DNA of 29,030 nt from a candidate division WOR-3 bacterium (GTDB taxonomy: Bacteria > Hydrothermota > Tepidihabitantia > SM23-42 > JAOAFX01): contig JBBILZ010000035.1 in assembly GCA_037444665.1 (NCBI GenBank), forward strand, positions 1 through 29,030. Reading direction: 5' to 3'. The notes under the pieces were generated by a model. That model saw nothing but the letters and a program-made list of their open reading frames with translations. It had not been told where the DNA came from and searched no databases. Numbering within the stretch: position 1 is the first letter of the stretch; every line of letters begins with the position of its first letter. The translations under genes were made by a program, and so were the position numbers. Below, one piece after another: positions 8,277 through 16,700 of this stretch.

Positions 8277-8579
8277 GGGACTAAAGTGCCTACTCCAAAA
8301 AATAGTCAGTGGTTATAGGGCATGGCAGCTGGTATGGTTATAGGGCATGGTTGAGGGTAAAAAAACAGATGGACGAATCTCAGCGTCCGACTGAAGTCGG
8401 ACGCTACTGTTGAATTTGAAAAATTTACTGTGTTTACAACGGAGTGTCACCCTGAGCGGAGCGAAGGGTCTCTTTAGGATGGTGAGATAAGATGGACGAA
8501 TCTTATCGTCGCTAATCTGGGAATAGAGGCTTTAGCATCGTGACAGGCTCGCAATGACCCTGACCTGGCGTCAGGCTAA
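8277..8579. repeat. Cluster of REP-like hairpins and short direct repeats in the convergent intergenic region
   Basis: Perfect AGCGTCCGACT-GA-AGTCGGACGCT (8382-8405) ending in CTAC (GTAG on minus); weaker hairpins at 8277-8293 and 8559-8579; 16-bp direct repeat at 8310/8335; 14-bp direct repeat at 8367/8490. Confidence 0.75.
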
Positions 8580-8616
8580 GCATTGAGTATGAATAATACG
8601 GGATAAAAATGAGCCC

Positions 8617-8994
8617 TCAGTATTCGTGGATGAATGCAAAATATCCCACAGCCAATCCCAATCCATCCCAGCACAGGTCTTTCCAGGAAAAATGTTTTTT
8701 CTTTTTCTTGTCATAAATCTCTTTACCCAAGCCAATAACTGCGGTCAGTGAAATAGCATAGATTTTGCCTGTATCTTCGTCTTTTTGCAATCGGCAGACC
8801 AGTGTATGATAACTCAAACCAACGATTGAGGCACAGGCAGAAGAGTGTAAAAACTTATCCTGGGAAAACCAGGCATCGCGAGGATAATTGATAGTATTTT
8901 TTATTTTATATTTTAATGTATCAGAAAGCGAATCGGAATATTGGGCAGTACCCAAGCTAAAACATAATAGAACAAGAAATAGCATCTTTTTCAT
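8617..8994 (-). CDS. YfiM/DUF2279-like small membrane protein
   Basis: Start MKKMLFLVLLCFSLGTA looks like a signal peptide and sits just after the UbiA stop. Motifs WFSQDKFLH, GLGKEIYD, FSWKDLCWD. Confidence 0.7.
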   Translation of the reverse strand: MKKMLFLVLLCFSLGTAQYSDSLSDTLKYKIKNTINYPRDAWFSQDKFLHSSACASIVGLSYHTLVCRLQKDEDTGKIYAISLTAVIGLGKEIYDKKKKKHFSWKDLCWDGLGLAVGYFAFIHEY

Positions 8995-8996
8995 AA

Positions 8997-9905
8997 TTAT
9001 AAATTCGGATAGGTGATACCAAATCTTTTTTTGTAGTAGATTCGTAAAAATACAAAAATTAACAATGAGCAAATTAAAAAATAGGGAAAGATAATACCCA
9101 CAATCAAAATCAACAAAGGTCCGCCAATCCTGATTGACAATTTGATATAATGTTCATCTCCTTTAAGTCCTGCCAGAAAAAATAATGGCAGTGCAATCAG
9201 GGCCGGAATGAGGCATATAAAATCTCGGTTAAGCACAGAAAAAACAGTGCAGGCAATGATCAATAACAGAGCAAGTCGTGCTGAATTGATTTTACCCAGT
9301 ACCACGCCGGTCGTCTTATATCCACATTTTTTATCACCCTCAATATCCAGCACAGTGGTATTTACAAATATTGCACTTACAGCAAAAACATAGGGCAGCG
9401 AGAAAATAAATACATCAGAAGAGAATTGTCTAATCGTTAACCAACCCAGGGAATAATTTAGAAATCCATAACCAATGCCATTAATTAAAATGTCGGCAAA
9501 GCCAATCGCCTTCAATCTAAATGGGTTAAACGAATATAAGATTCCAAAAAGAAAAGAGATTGACATTATTATAAGCACTATTGAAGATAGTTTGGTGCAC
9601 AGAAAAAGTGTAATGATCGCCAATAAAATAATCTCTACACAGGCATTTTTTAAAGGAATAATCCCTTCGGCAATGAGCAAATGTTTCTGGTTTATTATAT
9701 CTGAGTTCCGGTCAGCAATTTGATTTAAAATATACAGAATTGCCATTAATGTGGTATAGGCAATTATTGTTAACAGAAAGGTTTGATTAAAATAGAAGCG
9801 CTGTCCTCCTGCCCTTAAATATCCTAATAAAAAAAATGCCCAGACCGGAACCAGCAATATCGGTCGGGCAAGGAAAATATAATCCGCAATTGAATTTTTT
9901 CTCAT
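8997..9905 (-). CDS. UbiA-superfamily prenyltransferase (integral membrane)
   Basis: LARP near the N-terminus, Asp-rich motifs NQIADRNSD and NTTVLDIEGD..G..T, YSFNPFRLK, multiple TM segments. Confidence 0.85.
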   Translation of the reverse strand: MRKNSIADYIFLARPILLVPVWAFFLLGYLRAGGQRFYFNQTFLLTIIAYTTLMAILYILNQIADRNSDIINQKHLLIAEGIIPLKNACVEIILLAIITLFLCTKLSSIVLIIMSISFLFGILYSFNPFRLKAIGFADILINGIGYGFLNYSLGWLTIRQFSSDVFIFSLPYVFAVSAIFVNTTVLDIEGDKKCGYKTTGVVLGKINSARLALLLIIACTVFSVLNRDFICLIPALIALPLFFLAGLKGDEHYIKLSIRIGGPLLILIVGIIFPYFLICSLLIFVFLRIYYKKRFGITYPNL

Positions 9906-9919
9906 ACCATCTGTATTTA

Positions 9920-11311
9920 TTATAACTTTAAAAATTGAATATGTATGTTGAGTTGTAATGTATTTTTTGATTGTCCGGGATTGTGGTGATAGTTCTGATT
10001 GTTTAGAACTCCAACATCTGTTTGGAGGAATAGAATTCTCTGATAGAAAAATTTAACACCGACATTTACATTTAATATTTTTTCCACAGTCCCGGATAGA
10101 AAATTATCTTCAGGAAAAGAGGTGCCAGGGACGCGCGGTTTTTCTGGTATGGGCCAGATTGAGTTTACACTGTTCTCCCCTTTTCTCAAGTATGAACCCT
10201 GAATAAAAAGATCAAATTTTTTATTAGGATGATAAACAATCTTTGCAAAAAGACGGTCACAATCTGGACCAAAAGGAAATCCAATAGGATGGCTATAATA
10301 CATATAGCGTTGATATGGTGCGTAAATACAATATATCCAGCGGGATAGGCGGTGGTACTCTATGTTCCAGAAAGTTCGGCTGATAATAAAGTCGGCGAAT
10401 TCAACCCCCATATTCATTCCCAGGTGATTAGGTTCACCATTTGGGTCAGGTTCAAGTTGATAATCATCAACAAGGATTGCTGAATATATGGCGAAATTTT
10501 TTAAGAAAATTTTCGCATCCAGGTGAAAAAATAGGTTCGCATCATAACCCCAATTGTGCTGAAGCGTATGAATAAAAACCAGAGGATTAAAGTGATATGG
10601 CATCAATGTATAATTCTCACCACCAAAAGTTGCTGCTTCGGAAAAACTACAATTGAACCAATGGACTGGTATGAAGTCAAGTCTTTTTATTATCAGATAG
10701 CGACGGGCATTGATGAGAGTGGTGATTGTATCGCCAAGATATTCTAATGGTTTGCATAACAGATCATCAAGTTGACTCAGATAATAACTCAGCCTGATAT
10801 ATTTTGCAGAAAGATTATAATGGAACCAATCAAGGGGCGGACCATAGCCTGACAAGAGCATGTTATAATTAGGAGAAGGACCAATTGAAAATCTTTCCCT
10901 GCCAATGAATATACCAAAATGGAATGCCTGATACTTTACATATACCCTTTCGTAATCTGCGGAGAAAAGATTTTTAAAGACATTACTCGGAGGTAGACTA
11001 TCACTTCCGAATTTTACATCGGGTTGCAGATATAAACTGAATTTAGAAAAATTATAATGGACCATAGGTTTGAACCGAGCAACTTTCACAGTATCAAATT
11101 TGATATTGAGTGATAAATTTGCTAACCAGAGTCGGTTCTGAAGTTCAATGACAAAACTATCTGGAGATGGTGTTATATTTGATTCAATATCATACGGTCT
11201 AATACCAGGTGTATTAGTGATAAAATAACCCCTCACCTGCAGTTCTTCAAGCAATTCATTCTGCCAGGAATCAATGGGATAATAAAGTGCTAAAATAAAA
11301 AAAATGGCCAT
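9920..11311 (-). CDS. wzi: Capsule assembly Wzi-family outer-membrane beta-barrel protein
   Basis: GRERFSIGP...MLLS..GPP, SEAATFGG, NPL, LVDD, IGFPFGPD; amphipathic beta C-terminus; located in a polysaccharide cluster. Confidence 0.7.
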   Translation of the reverse strand: MAIFFILALYYPIDSWQNELLEELQVRGYFITNTPGIRPYDIESNITPSPDSFVIELQNRLWLANLSLNIKFDTVKVARFKPMVHYNFSKFSLYLQPDVKFGSDSLPPSNVFKNLFSADYERVYVKYQAFHFGIFIGRERFSIGPSPNYNMLLSGYGPPLDWFHYNLSAKYIRLSYYLSQLDDLLCKPLEYLGDTITTLINARRYLIIKRLDFIPVHWFNCSFSEAATFGGENYTLMPYHFNPLVFIHTLQHNWGYDANLFFHLDAKIFLKNFAIYSAILVDDYQLEPDPNGEPNHLGMNMGVEFADFIISRTFWNIEYHRLSRWIYCIYAPYQRYMYYSHPIGFPFGPDCDRLFAKIVYHPNKKFDLFIQGSYLRKGENSVNSIWPIPEKPRVPGTSFPEDNFLSGTVEKILNVNVGVKFFYQRILFLQTDVGVLNNQNYHHNPGQSKNTLQLNIHIQFLKL

Positions 11312-11362
11312 TTAACTTAAAACCGATACGGGCATCATTACCCAATAACCACAATCAATCAG

Positions 11363-12721
11363 TTAATATGCTCCTTTTCCCAATAATACTGCAGGCAATG
11401 TTTGAAATAATAATTTAATATCAAGTGTTATGGATTGATTAAGGGTATATAATAAATCAAGGAAGATAGATGAATCACAAGGCATACTACCCCTTCCATA
11501 GACCTGCCACAGACCACTCACCCCTGGTTTTACCTTTAATCTATCTTTATGCCAGTCCTTGTAGTATTTAACTTCGTATGGTATCGGCGGTCTTGGTCCA
11601 ATAAGGGTCATATTACCTTTTAAGACATTTAAAAATTGCGGAAATTCATCAAGTGATGTTCTTCTCAATACCCTGCCCACATTTGTGACTTCATTATGGT
11701 CAATTACCTTACCTTTGGCAACTTTCTTTTCAATAAAATCTTTGAACTCCTGTTCCCTTTTTGCCTGTGAGTTATTATTATACATTGAACGGAATTTATA
11801 AAGAGTAAATTCCTCACCATCCTTACCACAGCGTTTCTGTTTATAGATAATCGGACCCCGTGAATCTAATTTTATAGCGATGCCAATTATTAAAAACAAT
11901 GGCAAAAGAATGATTAAAGCAATGGTTGATAGAACTATATCAAGAATTCGGCGTAGGATATGTTGCCATTTTTTAGGGCCGTTCACTCTGAACGAAAATA
12001 TTGGAAGATTATCAATCTTGCACCATTCCCAGTTCAGCGAAAAATCACTAAGAAGGTGTGATGCAAGATGGAGGCGTGCTCCCTGAATTGCACATTTCTG
12101 GATTTCTTTATACAAATTTCCAAAATCATCTTCCTCGCTATAAAGAAAAATTTCCTGAGCATTATTAATATCTTTATTATGTTCCGCAGATACTAAATTC
12201 AATCCAACAATAGAATTCCCCTCAAAGAATTCTTTGAATTGAGAAAATTTATCAGCCGGTCCAATATATTGACAACGGATACGCCTTTCGGGTCTGGAAA
12301 AATAGTCCACCAAAATTTTAGGTATGATGGCAGTTCTGAAAAAAGAGGTAATTATAGGATAAACAATAAAAAAATAGAAAATAAAACCACGGCTGTTTAT
12401 CAGAAAATAAAATTTTGTTAAAAATCCGACCAGCACATATACGATAAAAGAGATAACCCATACATTGATGAGTTTAAAAAAGACCCTGCCCGACTGAGCA
12501 TAATAACAATGGTTATAAAGGTCAGAAAGATATTTGATTATTAACATAGCAACCAAAAGAAAGAAAAATGTAGACCATTGGTTTCTGATAATATGAGAAT
12601 CATTATGAAAGCGCAGAAATATAGCCAAAAAGAAAGATGCAGTAATAGCCGTGATATCTGTGATTAATAGTATAATTTTAGGAATAATCAATTTATTCAA
12701 CTTCAATAACACCACCCCCAA
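11363..12721 (-). CDS. Initiating polyprenyl-phosphate sugar-1-phosphate transferase (WcaJ/WbaP-type, Bac_transf)
   Basis: Four N-terminal TM segments; RRILDI, DSRGPI, KFRSM, RRTSLDEFPQFLNVLKGNMTLIGPRP, KPGVSGLWQV. Confidence 0.92.
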   Translation of the reverse strand: MGVVLLKLNKLIIPKIILLITDITAITASFFLAIFLRFHNDSHIIRNQWSTFFFLLVAMLIIKYLSDLYNHCYYAQSGRVFFKLINVWVISFIVYVLVGFLTKFYFLINSRGFIFYFFIVYPIITSFFRTAIIPKILVDYFSRPERRIRCQYIGPADKFSQFKEFFEGNSIVGLNLVSAEHNKDINNAQEIFLYSEEDDFGNLYKEIQKCAIQGARLHLASHLLSDFSLNWEWCKIDNLPIFSFRVNGPKKWQHILRRILDIVLSTIALIILLPLFLIIGIAIKLDSRGPIIYKQKRCGKDGEEFTLYKFRSMYNNNSQAKREQEFKDFIEKKVAKGKVIDHNEVTNVGRVLRRTSLDEFPQFLNVLKGNMTLIGPRPPIPYEVKYYKDWHKDRLKVKPGVSGLWQVYGRGSMPCDSSIFLDLLYTLNQSITLDIKLLFQTLPAVLLGKGAY

Positions 12722-12727
12722 AAAATT

Positions 12728-13891
12728 TTATTTTTGTTCCACCCATTCCTTTACTATCCTGCATACATATTCAATCTCCTGATGTGTTAATTCAGGAAAC
12801 ATTGGCAAAGAAACAATCTCCCGGGCACACTTTTCAGAAATGGGAAAGTCTCCTTCTTTGTAATTCAGGTGTTTATATGCTTTCTGGAGATGGAGTGGTA
12901 TTGGATAATGGATTCCTGTTCCCACGCCATTTTCTTTTAAGAATGATTGAAAATTATCCCTATCCGACACACGCACAACATAGAGGTGATAGATATGCCT
13001 AGCATAAGGCATTTCTTTTGGCGTTATTATCTTTTCCAGACCGTTTAGCAACTCATTATAATAATGGGCATTCTGGCGCCGGTCTTCGTTCCAGTCATCA
13101 AGATAATTCAATTTAACATTAAGAATAGATGCCTGGAACCCATCCATTTTATAATTCCAGCCTTCAAATTCATGATAATACCGTTCTTTCTGCCCATGGT
13201 CAATCAACATCCGCACCTTTTCTGCAAGCTGGTCATCATCACAGGTCACCATACCACCCTGACCATACGCACCTAAATTCTTGCTTGGATAAAAACTGAA
13301 TGCACCAAGAGTGCCGATTGAACCTGCTTTTTTTTCTTTATACAATGCACCGTGCGCCTGGGCTGCATCTTCAATCACGGCAAGATTATATTTTTTTGCA
13401 ATCTTTAGAATCGGGTCCATATCAGCAGGTTGTCCATACAGATGGACCGGAACAATGGCTTTTACATTCAGTTTCTTTTCCTGGTCCCTGAGTACTCCTT
13501 TTTTCTCTACCCACTCACACTTTTTTTCAATATATTCTTCTATTTTTTCAGGGTCAATAGTATAAGAGTCCTCTTTTATATCAACGAAGATGGGCGTTGC
13601 GCCAGTGAAACTAATTGCCTCTGCAGTGGCAATGAAGGTGAAAGGGACCGTGATTACTGCATCGTGCCTTCCAATATCAAGTGATTTGAGTGCAACATAT
13701 ATCGCACCTGTACCTGTAGAAATACCAATGGCATGTTTTACCCCACAATAATTTGCAAAACTGTTTTCAAATTCCTTTACTCTCTCTCCTGCAACAAAAG
13801 CACAGGAATCAATGGTTTTCTGGATTGCTCCATCAATCTCGTCTTTAATCATTTCATACTGCCGTTTTAAATCCATAATTGGAACCTGCAT
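12728..13891 (-). CDS. DegT/DnrJ/EryC1/StrS sugar aminotransferase (WbpE-like)
   Basis: PFTFIATAEAI, PVHLYGQ, IEDAAQAHGA, SFYPSKNLG (PLP Lys), GIHYP, SLPMFP. ATG 13891 with SD AGGAGGT. Confidence 0.93.
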   Translation of the reverse strand: MQVPIMDLKRQYEMIKDEIDGAIQKTIDSCAFVAGERVKEFENSFANYCGVKHAIGISTGTGAIYVALKSLDIGRHDAVITVPFTFIATAEAISFTGATPIFVDIKEDSYTIDPEKIEEYIEKKCEWVEKKGVLRDQEKKLNVKAIVPVHLYGQPADMDPILKIAKKYNLAVIEDAAQAHGALYKEKKAGSIGTLGAFSFYPSKNLGAYGQGGMVTCDDDQLAEKVRMLIDHGQKERYYHEFEGWNYKMDGFQASILNVKLNYLDDWNEDRRQNAHYYNELLNGLEKIITPKEMPYARHIYHLYVVRVSDRDNFQSFLKENGVGTGIHYPIPLHLQKAYKHLNYKEGDFPISEKCAREIVSLPMFPELTHQEIEYVCRIVKEWVEQK

Positions 13892-13916
13892 CAAACCTCC
13901 TTATTCTATATCGTAG

Positions 13917-13942
13917 AACCCGCAGAATTATGCGGATAAAGA
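13917..13942 (-). promoter_or_regulatory. Conserved hairpin motif upstream of the aminotransferase SD (copy 2)
   Basis: mRNA sense CCGCA-UAAUUC-UGCGG; same spacing to SD and ATG as the copy at 689-714. Confidence 0.5.
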
Positions 13943-13970
13943 TATTAAAAGTTCTATTTTTTGCAACTAT

Positions 13971-14444
13971 TTATTTTTTTATAACTCTTGCTGGCACACC
14001 AGCAACGACTGCATTATCAGGCACATCTTTTGTAACAACACTACCTGCCCCAACAATGGCATTTTCACCAATGGTTACGCCACAGAGAATTGTAGCACTG
14101 GAACCAATAGATGCACCCTTTTTGACCAGTGTAGGGACAACCTTCCAGTCTGTTTCAGTCTGTAATGAACCGTCTGGATTTGTTGCCCGTGGGTACTTGT
14201 CATTGATAAAGGTGACATTGTGACCGATAAATACATTATCTTCTATGGTTACACCTTCACAGATAAATGTATGGGTAGAGATTTTGCAATTTTTACCAAT
14301 CTTTGCATTCTTTTGAATCTCAACAAATGTTCCAATCTTTGTGTTATCACCGATTTCACAACCATACAGATTTACAAATCCGAATATCTTTACATTCTTG
14401 CCCAATTTTACATTCTTTATTATCTGCTGATTATTATTATCCAT
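13971..14444 (-). CDS. Hexapeptide-repeat (left-handed beta-helix) sugar N-acetyltransferase (WbpD-like)
   Basis: GCEIGDNTKIG, IGKNCKI, FINDKYPRA, GASIGSSATIL, VGAGSVVTKDVP...GVPAR. Confidence 0.9.
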   Translation of the reverse strand: MDNNNQQIIKNVKLGKNVKIFGFVNLYGCEIGDNTKIGTFVEIQKNAKIGKNCKISTHTFICEGVTIEDNVFIGHNVTFINDKYPRATNPDGSLQTETDWKVVPTLVKKGASIGSSATILCGVTIGENAIVGAGSVVTKDVPDNAVVAGVPARVIKK

Positions 14445-15441
14445 GGAGCTCTACAATGCAACCATTACTCTCTAATGATTTCTGTGCCGCACTCAGAATT
14501 TTTACGACCTCAAGGCCAATCTTTCCATTGGACAAAGGTTCGGTTCCATTCTTCATCGCATCAATGAATTCTCTTACGAGCAGAGATAAGGGTTCGGCGG
14601 TATCAAACTTTGGTGCATACATATCACCGGTGCGATACTGGATCAATGTTTTGTAAATACCCTCTTTGCTCTTTATTTCCACCCCTTTATCATAGACCTT
14701 TATCTTTTCTATAGTCTCCATATCATCGTAAAAAATCATTTTCTGCGAACCACCAATTAGAATACGCCGGACTTTTACCGGTGCAAGCCAGTTTACATGA
14801 AAATGGGCAATACAATTATCATCAAAGAAGAGCGTTAAATAGGCAATATCTTCTGTAGTATTATAATGTCCAACAGCAATGGCAGAGACAGCTTTGGGTT
14901 TTTTATTGATCAAATGGAGCATTATTGAAATATCATGTGTTGCTAAATCCCAGAGCACATTTACATCGTGCTGGAATAGACCAAGATTAACACGCACTGC
15001 ATCAAAATATAAGATTTTACCGATTTCGCCAGAATCAATGATCTCTTTTATTTTCTTTACTGCACCATTATACATAAATATATGGTCAACAACAAGTTTC
15101 AATTTTTTTTGTTCGCACAATTCAAGAAGGGTTTGTGCTTGTTTGATATTTATTGTAAAAGGTTTTTCTATAAGAATATGTTTGTTATGTTCAATTGCCA
15201 TCTTTGCTAATGGAAAATGGGTGCTGGCAGGTGTGGCAATACAAACACCACTGATCTTTTGATTTTTCAAAATATCTTCATAACTATCAACAAGTTTTAC
15301 CACAGGAAATTGCTGTTTGATATTATTCAACCTTCTGGCATCAATATCAAAACAATAAACCTCGCTGACCTCTTTGTTATTTAAAAAATTTCGCACCAAA
15401 TTAGGACCCCAATAACCAACACCGATCACCGCAACCTTCAT
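14437..15441 (-). CDS. Gfo/Idh/MocA oxidoreductase (WbpB-like sugar 3-dehydrogenase)
   Basis: VAVIGVGYWG Rossmann motif, ATPASTH, LIEKP, WDLATHDIS. Confidence 0.9.
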   Translation of the reverse strand: MKVAVIGVGYWGPNLVRNFLNNKEVSEVYCFDIDARRLNNIKQQFPVVKLVDSYEDILKNQKISGVCIATPASTHFPLAKMAIEHNKHILIEKPFTINIKQAQTLLELCEQKKLKLVVDHIFMYNGAVKKIKEIIDSGEIGKILYFDAVRVNLGLFQHDVNVLWDLATHDISIMLHLINKKPKAVSAIAVGHYNTTEDIAYLTLFFDDNCIAHFHVNWLAPVKVRRILIGGSQKMIFYDDMETIEKIKVYDKGVEIKSKEGIYKTLIQYRTGDMYAPKFDTAEPLSLLVREFIDAMKNGTEPLSNGKIGLEVVKILSAAQKSLESNGCIVELHG

Positions 15442-15465
15442 TTTTTCCCCTTTCTTAATTAAACA

Positions 15466-15493
15466 ATTATATGTAAATTTAATAGCAAGTCAA
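15466..15493 (-). promoter_or_regulatory. Putative internal sigma70 promoter for the oxidoreductase-to-YfiM segment
   Basis: TTGACT (15493-15488)-N16-TATAAT (15471-15466), then SD-like AAAGGGG before ATG 15441. Confidence 0.65.
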
Positions 15494-15525
15494 GCCCAGA
15501 GTTTCTGATATACACCTGGACACAT

Positions 15526-16695
15526 TTAAAGCATAAATCCATATATTGTGTGTTTTTTGTCGCAATATTTTTTAGAAACAATAAATGATTCTTTAAGACC
15601 GAGTGCCTTTGAAATTTCTTTCAATTTATTTATATCCTTGTTTTGTGGATTTAATTTAACTTCATAGGCAATTTGCTTATTTAAGATAAAATCTATTTCA
15701 CAACCACTTTTTGTTTGATAGTAGTTGAGCCCTCCTTTTGTTTGTAAATTCTGAAAGACACTATTTTCAAAGATATGACCTTCATCTAATTTAGCAAAAT
15801 GGTTGGCGATTCCTGAATCACAGACATATACCTTGGGAGCCCTTCTAATTTCTGAATTTTTTGTGCTACTAAAAGGTCTAATTAATTTTATAAAATATGT
15901 TCCTTCCAGGAAGGAAATATATTCATAAATAGTTGGTCGAGAAATACCCAACTCTCTTGATAACTTTTGAATATCCAATTTAGAACCTATTCTCTGCATT
16001 AAAAGTAACATCAAGTCTTTGATTACCGTATTTCGCCGGTAATCACCCAATTGCAAAACTTCTAATAGAAAAAAAGAAGAGAATATTTCCTCCAGTGCCT
16101 TTTTTTTCTCCTCTATATTGGACTTCAAAACCACTCCGGGAAAACCACCAAAATTGAGATATTCGTCATAATACCGGGAGATAGTCTCAAAAACTGGTTC
16201 AGTGATTATCCCAGCATCTTCAGGAATTTTAAGAGAGGTATCCTTAAATTTAAGAAATTCCCTAAAGGTTAAAGGATAAATTTCAAAGATATATTTTCGT
16301 CCTGAGAGTGATTCGGTAAAAAGGTTTTTTAAATAAAAACTTGCCGAACCAGTAAGAAAAAATTTTACGCCATAGTGGTCTATGAAATATTTTACAATTG
16401 AGGGAATATATTTGACCAGTTGAATTTCATCAAGAAAGATATAAGGCTTTTTAGTAAAGTCAAGGCCAAGGCTTTCAAAAGCTAATTTAATCCTTTCGTA
16501 GTTTTTTTCTTCAAAATAACTTCGGTTGAGAATATTTTCCAAATCCAAAAATATTTTGTTTTTTGAATCAATATGCTCGTAAAAGTAATTGAGTGCGGTC
16601 GTTTTGCCGGTTCTTCGCATCCCCGTAATAATGATCGCCTCAGAAGAATTGATATAGGGCAAAATCTGGTCAAAAAGAAGCCTATGTTTTATCAT
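15526..16695 (-). CDS. AAA+ ATPase, AAA_14/DUF4143 (COG1373) family
   Basis: Walker A GMRRTGKT, Walker B IFLDEIQ, LTGS, ESLSGR, YPLTFREF, FGGFP, wHTH-like LGISRPTIYEY, KVYVCDSG, EIDF...EVK. Confidence 0.9.
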   Translation of the reverse strand: MIKHRLLFDQILPYINSSEAIIITGMRRTGKTTALNYFYEHIDSKNKIFLDLENILNRSYFEEKNYERIKLAFESLGLDFTKKPYIFLDEIQLVKYIPSIVKYFIDHYGVKFFLTGSASFYLKNLFTESLSGRKYIFEIYPLTFREFLKFKDTSLKIPEDAGIITEPVFETISRYYDEYLNFGGFPGVVLKSNIEEKKKALEEIFSSFFLLEVLQLGDYRRNTVIKDLMLLLMQRIGSKLDIQKLSRELGISRPTIYEYISFLEGTYFIKLIRPFSSTKNSEIRRAPKVYVCDSGIANHFAKLDEGHIFENSVFQNLQTKGGLNYYQTKSGCEIDFILNKQIAYEVKLNPQNKDINKLKEISKALGLKESFIVSKKYCDKKHTIYGFML

Positions 16696-16700
16696 ACCAT

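Noticed and set aside
8310..8510. Possible mini CRISPR array
   Set aside because: Only two copies of each 14-16 bp repeat, irregular spacing and no cas genes.
8369..8515. Two micro-ORFs starting MDES (8369-8413, 14 aa; 8492-8515, 7 aa)
   Set aside because: A by-product of the 14-bp direct repeat; weak SDs and they lie downstream of the terminator hairpin.
8997..9905. Claim of archaeal-type ether lipid synthesis (DGGGP synthase)
   Set aside because: No GGGP synthase in the window, and motifs alone cannot assign the UbiA subfamily; kept only as a hypothesis.
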